In this document: piece by piece, positions 41,701 through 53,774 of the stretch
Numbering within the stretch: the stretch's first letter is position 1
Layout of the letters: every line of letters begins with the position of its first letter
Assembly: GCF_024521635.1 (NCBI RefSeq)
Contig: NW_026250423.1
Coordinates: forward strand, 186,001-250,000
Direction of reading: 5' to 3'
Source of the DNA: Tricharina praecox
Lineage: Eukaryota
Length of the DNA: 64,000 nucleotides
Notes under the pieces: model-generated
What the model saw: the letters and a program-made list of their open reading frames with translations, nothing else
The model's database searches: none
Told to the model about the DNA's origin: nothing
Program-made: the position numbers and the translations under genes

Positions 41701-41997
41701 CCGCACCAGACCGCGGAGATATTTGCGGAGCTCAAGAGCGGCCATCCAGAGCCGGACGTGGACGCGGCGGTCGTCGTCGGGCTCGAGGCCGGCGAGGACC
41801 CAAATAGTAGCTATAACAATGCGCCGCAGGAGATGCTGCGCGTCATCCCGGGCATCAGCGGTAAGAACGCTAGGCTCGTCATGCAGGATGTCGAGAATCT
41901 CACTGAGCTCAGCAATATGGACGAGGCGGACATCGCGAAGCTTGTGGGGAAGGAGGCCGCGAAGAAGGTTTGGAGGTTTTTTAATAAGACGTTTTGA
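38780..41997 (+). CDS. RAD1: XPF/ERCC4 structure-specific endonuclease (Rad1/Rad16/MEI-9)
   Basis: LLILARGLGL, VTSRILVVDLL, FIKAFSD and LEELPKW. Nuclease motifs VDIREF, GDYILTP and CVERKS. C-terminal HhH IPGISGKN. Multi-exon. Confidence 0.95.
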
Positions 41998-42434
41998 ACC
42001 CAGGGGGAAGCGTGTATGATATGATGTATGATAGCGACCTTTCGATTTCTGCGTGCGGCATTCACATGTTGAATGAAAACCCAACGCAGCCACCCGCCAA
42101 ACTACAACAGCTACTACAACTACAAGTTCATGACTTCATCCATCGAGCCAACCTACAAGATCAAAAAATAATACAGAAACAAACAAAGCCGGCCCACCAC
42201 CGCCCAGACCTCAGTCCAGTCCAATCAAGTTAAGTAACCGTGTGCTAAGGGGGAGGTATAATTATATGTACATTACAGCAAAAGCAAAGTCAAGTTCAGT
42301 CCAGTCAAGTCAGATCGTTCAAAGCAGTCAAGTCAAGTCGTGGCAAGAAAAAGAAAAAAGGAAAAAGAAAAAAGGAAAAAATGAACCGCCACTGCAACGC
42401 CAAAAGCACCCCAGTAATCCAGTAATCCTTGAAT

Positions 42435-44375
42435 CTATAGCGGTACAGGAATGGTACTCGCGACGCCCTCGCGCTCCTCCCTGCTGCGGAACGTCCTCTT
42501 TCCACGGGCGACCCAGTAGATCGCAATGATGGCGAACGTGACGGCGTACACGACCGAGACGTAGTTCATGCTGCCGGCGGTCACGGGCTTCGCGTACGGG
42601 AACGAGTACATGACGAGCGTAAAGGCGGTCCAGATGAGGAGGACGTAGTTACAGAAGTGGCCGAAGCCGCCGAGCCAGAACGGGCCGTGTTTGATGTTGT
42701 TGCGGCCCTTCTTCAGCAGCAGGATCACCGGAATGCTGTACGAGATGTACAGCAGCACAATGCACGCTGTCACCATGCTGTTGAAGGCAGTTGTAGATCC
42801 TATGTACAACAGCCCCAAGATGCCGACGACGACGCAGGACATGGTGTGCGCGTAAAAGGGAATTCCCATCTTCGGGTGGACTTGCGCCCAGTACCGGGAG
42901 CCGGGGAGGCCGCGGTCGCGCGCGAAGGACCAGCAGAGGCGCGCCTGCCAGGTGTGGCATGCGATCTGGCAACCGAGTCCGGTGAAGCAGATGAGGAACT
43001 CGAGGAAGGTGGTGAGGCGGATCGAGTTGGTGGCTTGGAGGTAGAGCGCCATGATCGGGGTCCAGGTGGGAGTGTTGACCAGCTCGTCGAGGTCCTGCAT
43101 GGAGAAGAACATGGCGATCGCGTAGGAGAATGAGGTGACGAAGCCTATGGCGATGGTGCCCATGATGGCAAAGGGTATGTTGCGCTCGGGCTTGGGGACT
43201 TCTTCGGCCAGATGAGTGGCGGAATCCAGGCACGAGAAGGACCAGTTGGGGTTGATCAATCCGACGATGAAGGCGATACCGCCAGACTCCCATCCGGTGT
43301 TGTTGACAAAGTTGGCGAACACGAACTTGGGCTCCCGCTTCGGCGACGCCTTAGCCAGCACCGTGATGGTGATGGTAACAAACGAAACGAGTGACACGTA
43401 GAGGAAAAAGTTTCCGACAGCCGGCAGGGTCTTTCCATAGCAGTTGAAGAGGTATGCGACAAAGTTGAAAAGCTGATAGGCGATGAACACCATCCATCTC
43501 TCGATCGTCCTGAATTCCCCCGTTAGCCGTCCATTACCCTCATTCGTCGTCCGCTCACAAAACAAGTCGGTTCTTACAATTCCGGGTTGTTGATCTGGAT
43601 CATTCCCATCAATGAGGTACCGATGGACACAGCCACACTGGCACAGGTGAAGATGCTGCCGGCATAACCGATGAAGCCGGTGTAGTAGGCCAGCACGTTC
43701 GACCACTCAGCCGGGGCCAAAACACTGGCCCAGAAGTACTGACCACCGGAGTTCGGGAACGCCGAGATCAACTCGGCGAGCGAGACGGCCACACAACCGT
43801 TAATAAGCGTGACGATGATGATACCGTAGACGGTGACGATCGGGCCGCCGGAGCTGATACCGGTGACCAGCGACGCCGAGATTCCGAACCACGAGTTGGT
43901 CAGGGCGAAGCAGATACCGAGAAGCGACCATTTGCTGAAGTTTCTCTCCAGTTCCTGGCTGTAGCCCATTTCTACACGGCGAACCGAAATGGCGCTCGGT
44001 CAGCAACAAGTCCCTGCCGGATCGCGCACACCCATGCGCAATATCGATCTCCCTCTGCGATGCGATGACGCCCCGCACGTGCCCCCACCGCCGCCGCCGC
44101 CCCCAACCCCCCGGAGAAATCTTATCACGACGACGATCAAAGATCAAAGATCTCACGGGCCAAATGGGTTCCTTGGTGTGGCACGACTCACGGCAGAAGC
44201 AGACAGGGGACGCAACGAAAGGGAAAGGGCAATTCTAACCTGCCAGTTTAGCGGCGTCCACATCGATGGACGACAGCTCCGGGTCGTGCAGTGCCAGATG
44301 TTTCTTATCCATTGACTTGCGCACGATGTCCGTGCTGGTGCCGGTGTCGGTGCCGGTGGCTGTTGCTTCGGCCAT
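42435..44375 (-). CDS. HNM1: APC-superfamily amino acid/choline permease (HNM1-like)
   Basis: DAAKLAEMGYSQELERNFS, SLAELISAFPNSGGQYFW, DSATHLAEEVPKPERNIP, ARLCWSFARDRGLP and GSTTAFNS. Two introns. Confidence 0.8.
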
Positions 44376-47300
44376 GATGACACGCCGGGTTGGGTTCGGT
44401 TCGTGTATGCGATGTGAAGATCTGAGTTGGGGTGCTGCTCACACGAGTCGAGTTGGTCGAGTTCGAGTCGGTCGAGAAGTGCAATGTTTGCAAAGGAGAG
44501 TCGGGGGTCGGGAGCGGGAGCGAGATATGTGCTTAATGTAAAGGAATCGAAGGCAGCTTGGCGCAGAAGGAGGGAGGGCGCTTTTCCTTTCCACTTCCCA
44601 CTTTACAACGAATGTGTGTGTATGTTTGAAAGTAGGTAGGGGAGAGAGAGGGTAGCGATAGATACGGGGTCCGATCTACGTGACACCAGTTTTTGCAGCG
44701 GCCAGCCCAGGTTTTATCGATGCTGCTTGCCGCGTGCGAGGGTGCTGTGTGTTTTTTTTTCTGCTCCCGGGGGTGGTCGGGGAGGCGTTGTTTGGGGGGA
44801 GCGAAAGCACTACTATGCATACTAGTAAGCGTCTCCCTCTACTTAGGTAACCCATGCCCATGGTCCGAAAGTAAGCAAGCAAGCAAAGCAAGCAAAGCAA
44901 GCAAAGCAAGCAAAGCACCTGCCCGACGCCGAGTCGTGGGGCATCGTACCTAGATAGCTTCCGAGTTTCTTCGTGGTTGTGTCGAAGAGTCTTGTCCGAC
45001 CAGGGCAAGTGAGGTCTGAACTGGGGTCGCTTCTCGCAGTTGTCTGGAGCTAGGCTAACTTACTAGCAGAGGAACGAAAAGCGATGACCATGGGGAATTC
45101 ACGGGTTCCCGGTTTCGAACAGGGTCTTGCTTGCGGATCAATCCGTGGAGAGTGCAAGTGGTTATCGAGGCCACTCCACGTACATCATATCTGGAGATGT
45201 TTTCCATTGTGGGGGGATACGAGCGGTGAGCGCGTGAGGATATGTAACATGTACCAACTGGCCATACCCACCGCCGTCACCTCGGCCATCGCGAGCGCGA
45301 TAACAGCGGCTCGCAGTCTTACCTCTCCACCGCTCCACCCATCCAACCTAGGTATCCCGGCCGGGTCCACCGCTGGCATCCACTCCTCTTCGCCGGGCCT
45401 GCGTTATATAATGAAATCTGGAGGCAGATCCGAATCAGGGATGGAAACCACACTCGGAGCCGGCAAAAGCCTGCTGTGTACCTAGGTACTCTGTTCTAGC
45501 ACGGGCTCGACGGAAAAACTCACTTCCATATGATACGGTATGGCCAGAGGTTTTTATGTACCCACAAAACCCTCCTCTACTGCCGACTAGAATAGGTAGT
45601 AGACTCGCGGCTGATGTTTGACGGTTACATAGATAACTACGGTACTCCGGTAGAGCAGATCGAGCAGCCCCACAGATCATGGATACGGTAGATACGGTAC
45701 TATAGATGCTATCTATACCGCCCGCCCGCCGCCGTGCCGAAATCTCACGACTTGGCACCCAAAAGCGATCATTGGCGAACCGAAGCACGAAGCACAGTTG
45801 CAGTTCCATCCTGCAGAAATCAGGTTCACCGCTGCAAGCCCCGAAGGCAGACATCGCTGCGTTACATTTGACCTGCCAGAATCGGGCCGTGGCAGGTGGC
45901 TGCGCTATGCAGGCTCTTCTTGTGCGTGCGTGCGGTGTGGTGCGGTGCGCGTCTGCAGCGCCAGAACGTAGAATCTAGATCTCGCGACGGCGACGGGGAC
46001 GGGGAAGTCATGTCATGTGGCGGCGGCGGCGGAGATGTAGATGTAGATGGAGACAGAGATGGAGTGTCCGCGGTACCGGGAGGTAGTCCTGAAGGAACAA
46101 ATATCAAGATCTTGCACTTTAACTACCACCTACCGTCTACCTACTATGCACGATTAGGCAGTCCCAGAATGCCGAGTTATCGGTCGACTTCTCTGTCCTT
46201 GAGTGCTTGACTCCTTCACTCCTTGAGTGCTGAGGGGTCTGCCGGACTGTCACGCGAACACCACGCGTGTAACCTCCCTCCCCTCCCCTCCCCTCATCTC
46301 GACCTCGTGGTATGTAGCGAATCAAAAATCTGATGCGACAATAGATTATCTAGGTGCTTTTGGTATTCTCCCTCTCCCCCTCGAATCGAAAATCCGCAAG
46401 ATCTCGGCCCCCCCGCCCCTCGCCCCACCTAGCGCAACCATCCATCTACTTTCACATGCAGAGGTCCCTTGTCGCGTTTTATGTGCTCCGAGTCCACGCA
46501 GAGTCCATGTAAGATCCAGCTCGCCGTTAGAACGAAATAACGGCGTGCTTACCGTCTTCGGACCCCGGGGATTCGGGGAACACCGGTGTCTGCCTGCTCC
46601 AGTTAAAAAGTTTGGGGGCGGCCGGTAAGTGGCGTCACTGGCGTGGCGTGGATTTTCTATCGATGTGCTCTAGTTAGCGAGAGGAGGAGGAGGAGGCGGA
46701 GCAGGGTCGGAGGGTTGTGCGATCATCGATGGATGGCTATCAATCCACCACCACCACCACCGCCGCCGCCGCCGCCGCCACAGGAGATACCGTATGTATG
46801 TAGGAGATATGATGGGATCATACATAGGATCATATATAGGATCATATAGGATCATACATAGGAAACCCTGCTTTATGTAACTAAACGGCGAGCGCAACTT
46901 GCAAGTGGATACACACCTACATATCGGTAATACTATGTATAGGCATGAAGACTATGAAGACGCGTGGAATCGAGTTCCCAAGTACCAGGTACCTGCTCTG
47001 CTTCGCTCCCTGTAGATACATACAGCGAGGCGTTCGAACGTCATGAAGAAGATTCAAGAAAGTCTCCGTCGTGGGTCGGATCGGGGCGGGGCGGGGCGGG
47101 AGACGGCAGATGGAGGTCAATCATGTCAGTGCAACGGGAGCTAGAGTAGATATTCGAACACGCGGAGAGTGTGTGGGGGAAGAGGGGTATATAATATGAT
47201 ACCTTCCGCACGGAGGGTATCATTATTCATGGACGATCACTCATCGTCGATTGTTTTCACTCGTCGTGATTGGCTGGAATGGACTGGGAATCTTTGTCGA

Positions 47301-48046
47301 TACTCGAACAGGCCGAAATGGAGTTATGGAGGTCACTCGGGCTCTGGATCTGGCTTGCGGGGGAGGGGGAGGAGTTGTCTGAGGCACAGCACTGAGGAAA
47401 GGATAGATAATTGTGGGCTTGGGCTGTGGGTATTTACTCTAATGAAGCCCGAGCTTTACTACTATATACAGAAGCGTGTTCTTGAATCCACTGGAAGTCT
47501 GAAAGGTCTTTCTTTCACTTGGTGATTGATCATTCATTCATTCTCACGGCCGCTGGTGCTGCCAGCCGGTTCCTACTCCCCTTCCACCGCTTCCGCTTCT
47601 TCCTCTTGTTGCTTCTCCTGCTGATGTTGCTGCTTCTTCTCGTAGGGCCTGTTCGGTTGCCAGCAGGATTTTCAAAATTCGCGGTTTTGAGGAGTTGAAC
47701 ATTACCAAAGCTGCAGCTACAAACCATCAACTTCCCTGATGACCTGTTCGACAACCCAGATATTCAACAGCATGCCACACTCTTTATATATGTATTGTGG
47801 CTCAGTTGACATCACGCAGTTTCTCAAATTATTAACTTGGGGTGGTCACTGGTGTGCCGAACGGTCACCTAGCGCCCGGGAACTGAGGGTTTCAAAATGT
47901 ATCTCAATTTTGTGTGGTATCTATTTTCAAAAAGCAGCTAATAACCGAGAAGGCCCTTATTCTTCCTCCTCCTTCTGCATCTCCTCCTCGTCTTCTTCTT
48001 CCATCTCATTCTGATCTTGATCCTCGTTTTCTTCCTCCGTCTCATT

Positions 48047-48649
48047 CTAGTTTTGATCCTGACCCTCGTCTTCTTCTTTCATCTCATTCTGGTCTTGACC
48101 CTCGTCTTCTTCTTCCATCTCATTCTGGTCGTGATCCTGGCCCTCGTCTTCGTCTTCCATCTCATTCTGGTCGTGATCCTGATCCTCGTCTTCCATTTCC
48201 TCGTCGTCTTCTTCCATCTCGAATTCCTGCTGCTGCGCCTCCCCCCTGACCGCCTCCCAGTCCATCTCCTCGAAGTCCAGCTCCACCGGCCACTGGGCGT
48301 CGACCCCAGCGGGCGTGGTGATGACCATGGACACCACGCCGCTTGGGATGCGCTTCCTACCTCCAGGCTGGAGGTAGAAACGCGCACCCTCCACGAGCGT
48401 GGTGTGCACGTCGAACTCCATGTCCGCGAGCCGCGCCATGGTGCTGGCCTTGAGGGCATAGATGTACTTCTTGGCGCGCCCGGACTTGGAGATGCCGCTG
48501 GCGGCCTTGGTGATCTGTGAGAGCCGTGTCAGATGCAGTGCGATAGAAGTGCGGGTCGTGCTTACCTTGGGGGCGTTGCGGGCAGGCTTCACGGCGGCAG
48601 CAGCGGGCCTCGGAGCCCGCTTGCGGATGTCGTATCTTTTCGGAGACAT
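48047..48649 (-). CDS. Hypothetical protein with basic N-terminus and acidic tandem repeats (EEDEGQDQNEM-type)
   Basis: ORF with a likely intron (GTAAGC..CTGAC..CACAG) and 33-39 bp coding repeats. The repeats continue in frame past the TAG to 47957. Confidence 0.5.
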   Translation of the reverse strand: MSPKRYDIRKRAPRPAAAAVKPARNAPKVSTTRTSIALHLTRLSQITKAASGISKSGRAKKYIYALKASTMARLADMEFDVHTTLVEGARFYLQPGGRKRIPSGVVSMVITTPAGVDAQWPVELDFEEMDWEAVRGEAQQQEFEMEEDDEEMEDEDQDHDQNEMEDEDEGQDHDQNEMEEEDEGQDQNEMKEEDEGQDQN

Positions 48650-49362
48650 CTCTGGTAGATATCGTGTTAGCATTCATTGTTGCGAGTGAGTTTGTGTGAT
48701 AAGACGGATTCACTTACTGAAAGTTTGGTTTTCGAATGGCGTTGGGGTTGGCTCAGAGAGTTGTGTCAACTTGCGATGTGTGTGGTGAAGAGAAGAAGAG
48801 AAGAAGAAGAGAAGTCGGTAGGCGTGGGGTTTTGTAGGTGTGGTGGTGAAGCTTCAACATCTGAGGCTGACGAGACACAATCGCAGATGGTGAGGGGAGG
48901 TCTAGTAGTAGCCTCGCGGGGCTATTGAACCTCACCGAGCGGCGATACCGCTTGCGCCGTCTGGACCTCTGATCAGATCTCGCGCTTTGCCCGGTTGCCC
49001 GCTTGCTTGCTTCGCCGCCCATCATCCGTGTTCACTGCACTGGCATGTTGGTTCCCTTGGTTCTGAAGTACTCTTGATTATAACCCTTTCCCTCAGTATG
49101 GATAGCAATGCCGGAAAGATACGTGTACAATCTACTTGAAGTACAATCAAAACGATAAAAAAAAACATACAAAACACTTGACCGAGGTAGTCACTAGCTT
49201 CACCCAGAAGAAGCCACAGTCGTCTACCACAGAAGCGTCCGGCCCCGTGTCCTACCACGATACACTGCTGAGGAAACCGCCTATAAAAGCCGACATTCAT
49301 CAGTCTCTGCCTTTCTACAGCTTCAGAAGGATGGGTAGGTAAGCTGAAAACTAACCGCTCTT

Positions 49363-49908
49363 TCACTGCATATACCGCTTTGACTCCGCCGCACGGAGCA
49401 GGAGGTGAAAACGATCCACCTGCTCTGCGCTCGCATGCGGGCCCGATTCGGAATCGATTCTCTGCTGCTTGGAGCTCGAAGCCGAGGTCGAGAATGAGGC
49501 TTCCGAGCGTGACCTCTTGGCCTTTCCGCTCGGCGGCCTATTGTCGTCTTCGTCACCCCCGAGATACCCCTCGTCCTCTTCTTCCTCTTTTTCCTCCTCT
49601 TCCTTTGTCTCCTCACCATCCTCCTCTTTCTCCTCTTCCGTCTCCTCGCCATCCTCCTCTTTCTTCTCTTCCTCTTTCTCTTCTTCCTCCGTCTCCTCGC
49701 CATTCTCGCCATCCTTCTTATCAACCATCTCCGCCGCCAGCAGCAGTAGCTGCACCATCTTCAACATCCCCATGTCCAACTTATCTTCACTCGAACGTTC
49801 GAGGCCACATGCAAAGTGGTTCCACCCCAACCCCGGGTTCTTGGGAGGACTATCAATTTCACTCTCACTCGTGAACCCCGAGCTGTAGTAGTATCCATGG
49901 GACGACAT
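49363..49908 (-). CDS. Hypothetical Glu-rich low-complexity protein
   Basis: 181-aa ORF with ACAATGT start context and an upstream pyrimidine-rich leader. No family recognised. Confidence 0.4.
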   Translation of the reverse strand: MSSHGYYYSSGFTSESEIDSPPKNPGLGWNHFACGLERSSEDKLDMGMLKMVQLLLLAAEMVDKKDGENGEETEEEEKEEEKKEEDGEETEEEKEEDGEETKEEEEKEEEEDEGYLGGDEDDNRPPSGKAKRSRSEASFSTSASSSKQQRIDSESGPHASAEQVDRFHLLLRAAESKRYMQ

Positions 49909-50820
49909 TGTGGTTGCTACTTATTGAATTAGTACATGATCACTGTGACTGTGACTGTGAGACTTGGGTTGAACGGCTTACCTGCTTGGGTTAATATTGG
50001 AAGTTGAGAGAAGGGTAGTGTATAGGTGGTATCGGGAAGGGCTGGAGGAGATGGTGAGCCTTGGTGTGCTGAAGATGGAGATGGGATAGGGTAGCATACC
50101 TGCGTATATAGAGCTTGAGTTGGTAGGTGGGGTTGCTGTTCCGAGTTGCTGTATGTTTCGATGGGAAATTTGGGGGAGACGGGAGAGGCGGCTGGTATTT
50201 GTATGGGAGGGAGATGTCTGATGTCCGATGCAGAGCAGGATACCCTTGGGACATTGACTTTAGAATTGTCATATGTACATGTGTAAATAAGCATTGGAAG
50301 AGATCGTGGCCTCCTTGATTGAAGTTTCTTAGTGCATGTTCTTCTAGATCGTGTATATACGACTTTTTACTTTTTCGTCTACAAGGCTGTACCCCGAAAC
50401 TCACGATGCAGCTTTACCTAGGTACTGTATAGTGAAGGGGGGGTAAAAAAAATACGATATTTGACCGTACTGGTACAGGGAAAAAAAGTGTATTTTTTAC
50501 CCCCCCCCCCTTCACTATACAGTATGTACATACTTGCTCGTGCTCAGTGAAGAGTGAGTTTGCCAGCCGTATCGTTGAATGCTTGTGCGCGGCTGTGGGG
50601 AGTTTCGTCTCGTGGCGGTTCACTCGGCTCACTCTCTCTCCACCCGCTTGTTGCCAGCAAGGCTGTATTCCGGGTAAGCAACCAGGCACCACACGATGGA
50701 CGACTCCCTTCGCCGTCCGAGTACCACTTACTTCTTACTCCTGACCATTTTCCGCTAGATATCTAAGTTCTCAAGTGTCATGCCCTGATCCGGGAAATAC
50801 GTGCTCAAATACACAGATGG

Positions 50821-51190
50821 AAACTATCGCCGTTGTCAGATGACCCTCTTCCAGTGTTCCAGCCCTCTGTGGCTCGTAGCTTGAATACTTACGACTTTTT
50901 ATACTTTGCAGAGGCATAACTGTGGCTCGAGCTTAACTATCAGGAGCTGTGCACCGTACGGCTTAAGCCTTACTATCAGGAGCTGCGCACCATACGGCTT
51001 GATCTTAACTACCGGCGTTGTCCGATGACCCACTTCCAGTGTTCCAGCCCTCCGTGGCTCGCAGCTTGAATACTTCGGTCGTTTTATCCTTTGGGGAGGT
51101 GTAACTGTGGCTTGAGCTTAACTATCAGGAGCTGCGCACCGTACGGCTTGATCTTAACTATCGGGAGCTGCGCACCGTACGGCTTTCGCC
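50821..51190. repeat. 185-bp tandem duplication, each copy containing two ~33-bp sub-repeats
   Basis: GTTGTC(A/C)GATGACCC..TTCCAGTGTTCCAGCCCTC at 50832 and 51017. The sub-repeat TTAACTATCAGGAGCTGCGCACCGTACGGCTT occurs four times with variants. Confidence 0.9.
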
Positions 51191-53774
51191 CCGATTCCAT
51201 GGTTCTGCCTTACTTTGTGTAGAAACTGTCGATGAAGGAAGGTAGGCCCAGCCCATCAGGTCTCGCGAGTGACAGATAATGAGGGGCTGTGTATTAACCT
51301 AGATTAGGGAAGTGGGGCTATCCCCTGCACAGGGCTGTGATTGGCATGGTCGTTCTTCGCGATCATAGCCCATCACTCACAGATAATTCTGTGTGGAAAA
51401 CCCACGATGGGAATCCATTGGGCACAAGTCTTGCATAGCAGAGCTTCCTTCGCCACAACTGAAGCAGTGCCGATAAGCCCCACAGGACAACCAGAAAAAG
51501 AAAGAAACTCTCCATGCGTGAGAAGAGTCCTGGAAAGAAGAAGAAGACTGCCATAGAGTTCATTGCCGACAGAAGCCGCTCTCCACCCACTCGAAGCTCT
51601 CGTGGAGTCATAGACGTCGTCTCTGGTGAGCATCTCATTGCAGTGGACGCACAGAGCACCGGGTTTTCGAGGTAGCTCCGCAATTTCCGCTCCTATCAGA
51701 ATACACGGACCAAACACGGCTTGCGGTCAAGTGCGGTATTTGCGTTAGTGAGCCGAGCTCCTCAGGTCGCGGTCATTCGTGCTCAACAAGTCGCTTCCTG
51801 TGTTGACACGAACGGAAGGTCGGCTACGGACCGGTAATTGGGAGATACCAGCAGCTTTTCTACCGGTATCCTACACTACCGGCCCGCGGATATCACTTTA
51901 TACGTGCGGTCTGGAGGAGGAGGGAAAGGATTTGCTGTCGACCAACCGCAACAAGGCTGGAACTGCACTTCCCTTTGGGCGCTACGTAGCCTAGAACGCC
52001 ATTCGGCCGCGGGCCCGTTTGTAGCTGTTGCTGGGTACGAAGTACATATCATGATTCACCGAGGGCTGAAGGAACGGAGTGGCCATCCGCCAGTCGGTGG
52101 TCCCGATACGGTCCGCGAGAGCTTTCGTCTCGATGACTGGACGGACCCAAGGGTTTTCCGGACAGCTGCAGTAACCTGCTGACTACTAGCATGCCCAGGT
52201 AAAAACCTAGAGTACGGTTCCGATCACTCGTCGCTTTTGGGAGGTCCATCCCTTTGCAGCCAATCCGGTGGGCTGTCATTGTTTGTGTCACGACTTCCCC
52301 CGTTACCACTGCTGAAGGAATTCGCGGCGACCACGTGTTCTCCATCTGGCCATTGATCTGGGCACGACCGCTGCGTGTATAAGGGAGCGGAAACATCCAA
52401 TGTGCGTCGCGTCTACTGGTATGTTACCCACATTGTACATTGCACCGTTAGCATGCGCTCACCGCGGGGAAGCTATCTGCCGGCCTGTCCCCAAAGCTTG
52501 CCGCAGCTGAGGGGCGATCGCAAATGCCGCGTCGTGTGCACTGAAGCGATCAGGTTACACCCCGTGCATCTCTGCAAGACATCAAGCACCATCTCGGCAT
52601 TCTTATGAGAGATGCGAATGTCGGCAGTTGTTGCTCGGTGATCATGCGGGGAATGCACGTCCCCGGTAGCGTTGGATCCGCAGTCCGCAGTCCGCAGGTC
52701 CACAATCCGCAGGTCCACAGTCCACAGTCCACAGTCCGCGATCCGCGGTCAGTAGTCCGGCTATCGTTCCCAATGCAGGCATAGAGACACCGATGCGAAT
52801 CGAACCTTACTGGTGACTCTTCTGAAGCGTGGCAACGTGGGCGAAGATGCTGCCCAATGGACGGCTAACGCATTGCATAAGTTGTTACTCGGATGAAGCC
52901 CATTTGATCGAGGCTTCCCTCTGTCGACCCCCTGTTGAGCGTCGGAAGGCTGCGCAGAGGATGCCAATATCGCCTCGTATCTGCCATTTCAACAGTCGGC
53001 TACTCGAATGTGCTGTGCAATTTGCGGTTTAGAAGCCCTCCTCACCGCCTTACAAAGTTCCGACGAATCTCGCATACGTGCGTCTTTACGTACGTATTTC
53101 TCTCGATCCCAACAATCTATCCGCATGGAAAGAAACTTCATGCCACGATCCGGTTGGCTTAGGTGCTTCTTAGAGTTCCGTCGGGCTGTCTCCTGGTCGG
53201 TGTTGACTTCTGGCTCACAACGCCCGGCTCCACTTAGAGCCCCTCGCTGCACCATGTTAGGTTTCAGCTGGTCAAGATCCAACAGCCCGCACTGTAGTCC
53301 CAAGGATAGTCCGACGGCTTCCTACCTACCTGTTGTCGGCTTCGGCGGCCGTCTGGACGTCCATGCAATCACCAGATGTGCGTGCTCCAGTCTCTCGAGG
53401 CTTTGGGGGGTTCCCATCATGTATTGGCCCTATTTTCGCTCAACAGGGCGAGCAGGATAGCTCTACGCAAGAAAGGCCGAAGTAATTGTGATCGATGGAC
53501 TCGCCGTACTGCTTGCTCACTGCTGCCCCGGGGAATATAAAGACCTTATGTTGATGGTTCTTTCGGACGGATCAGGGCATAACCATCGCCAGCTTCCTGT
53601 CTCCAGAACGGTCCGAACTTCTTAACCGTACTATACTTGATCGTTTTCGAGTGGCATATTTCAAGGTGTATAACGTCCGAGTTTACTGCGGTATGTCGTA
53701 CTGATATCTTGGGGGGCTGGGTCGTGGACGGACAAACTAACAGGACGCGGGTGAGAAGGCCGTCTTTATCACGG

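Noticed and set aside
44875..44915. (AGCAA)n microsatellite (also GATCATAYATAG repeats at about 46816-46862 and CCRCAGT repeats at about 52678-52745)
   Set aside because: Ordinary simple repeats with no further structure.
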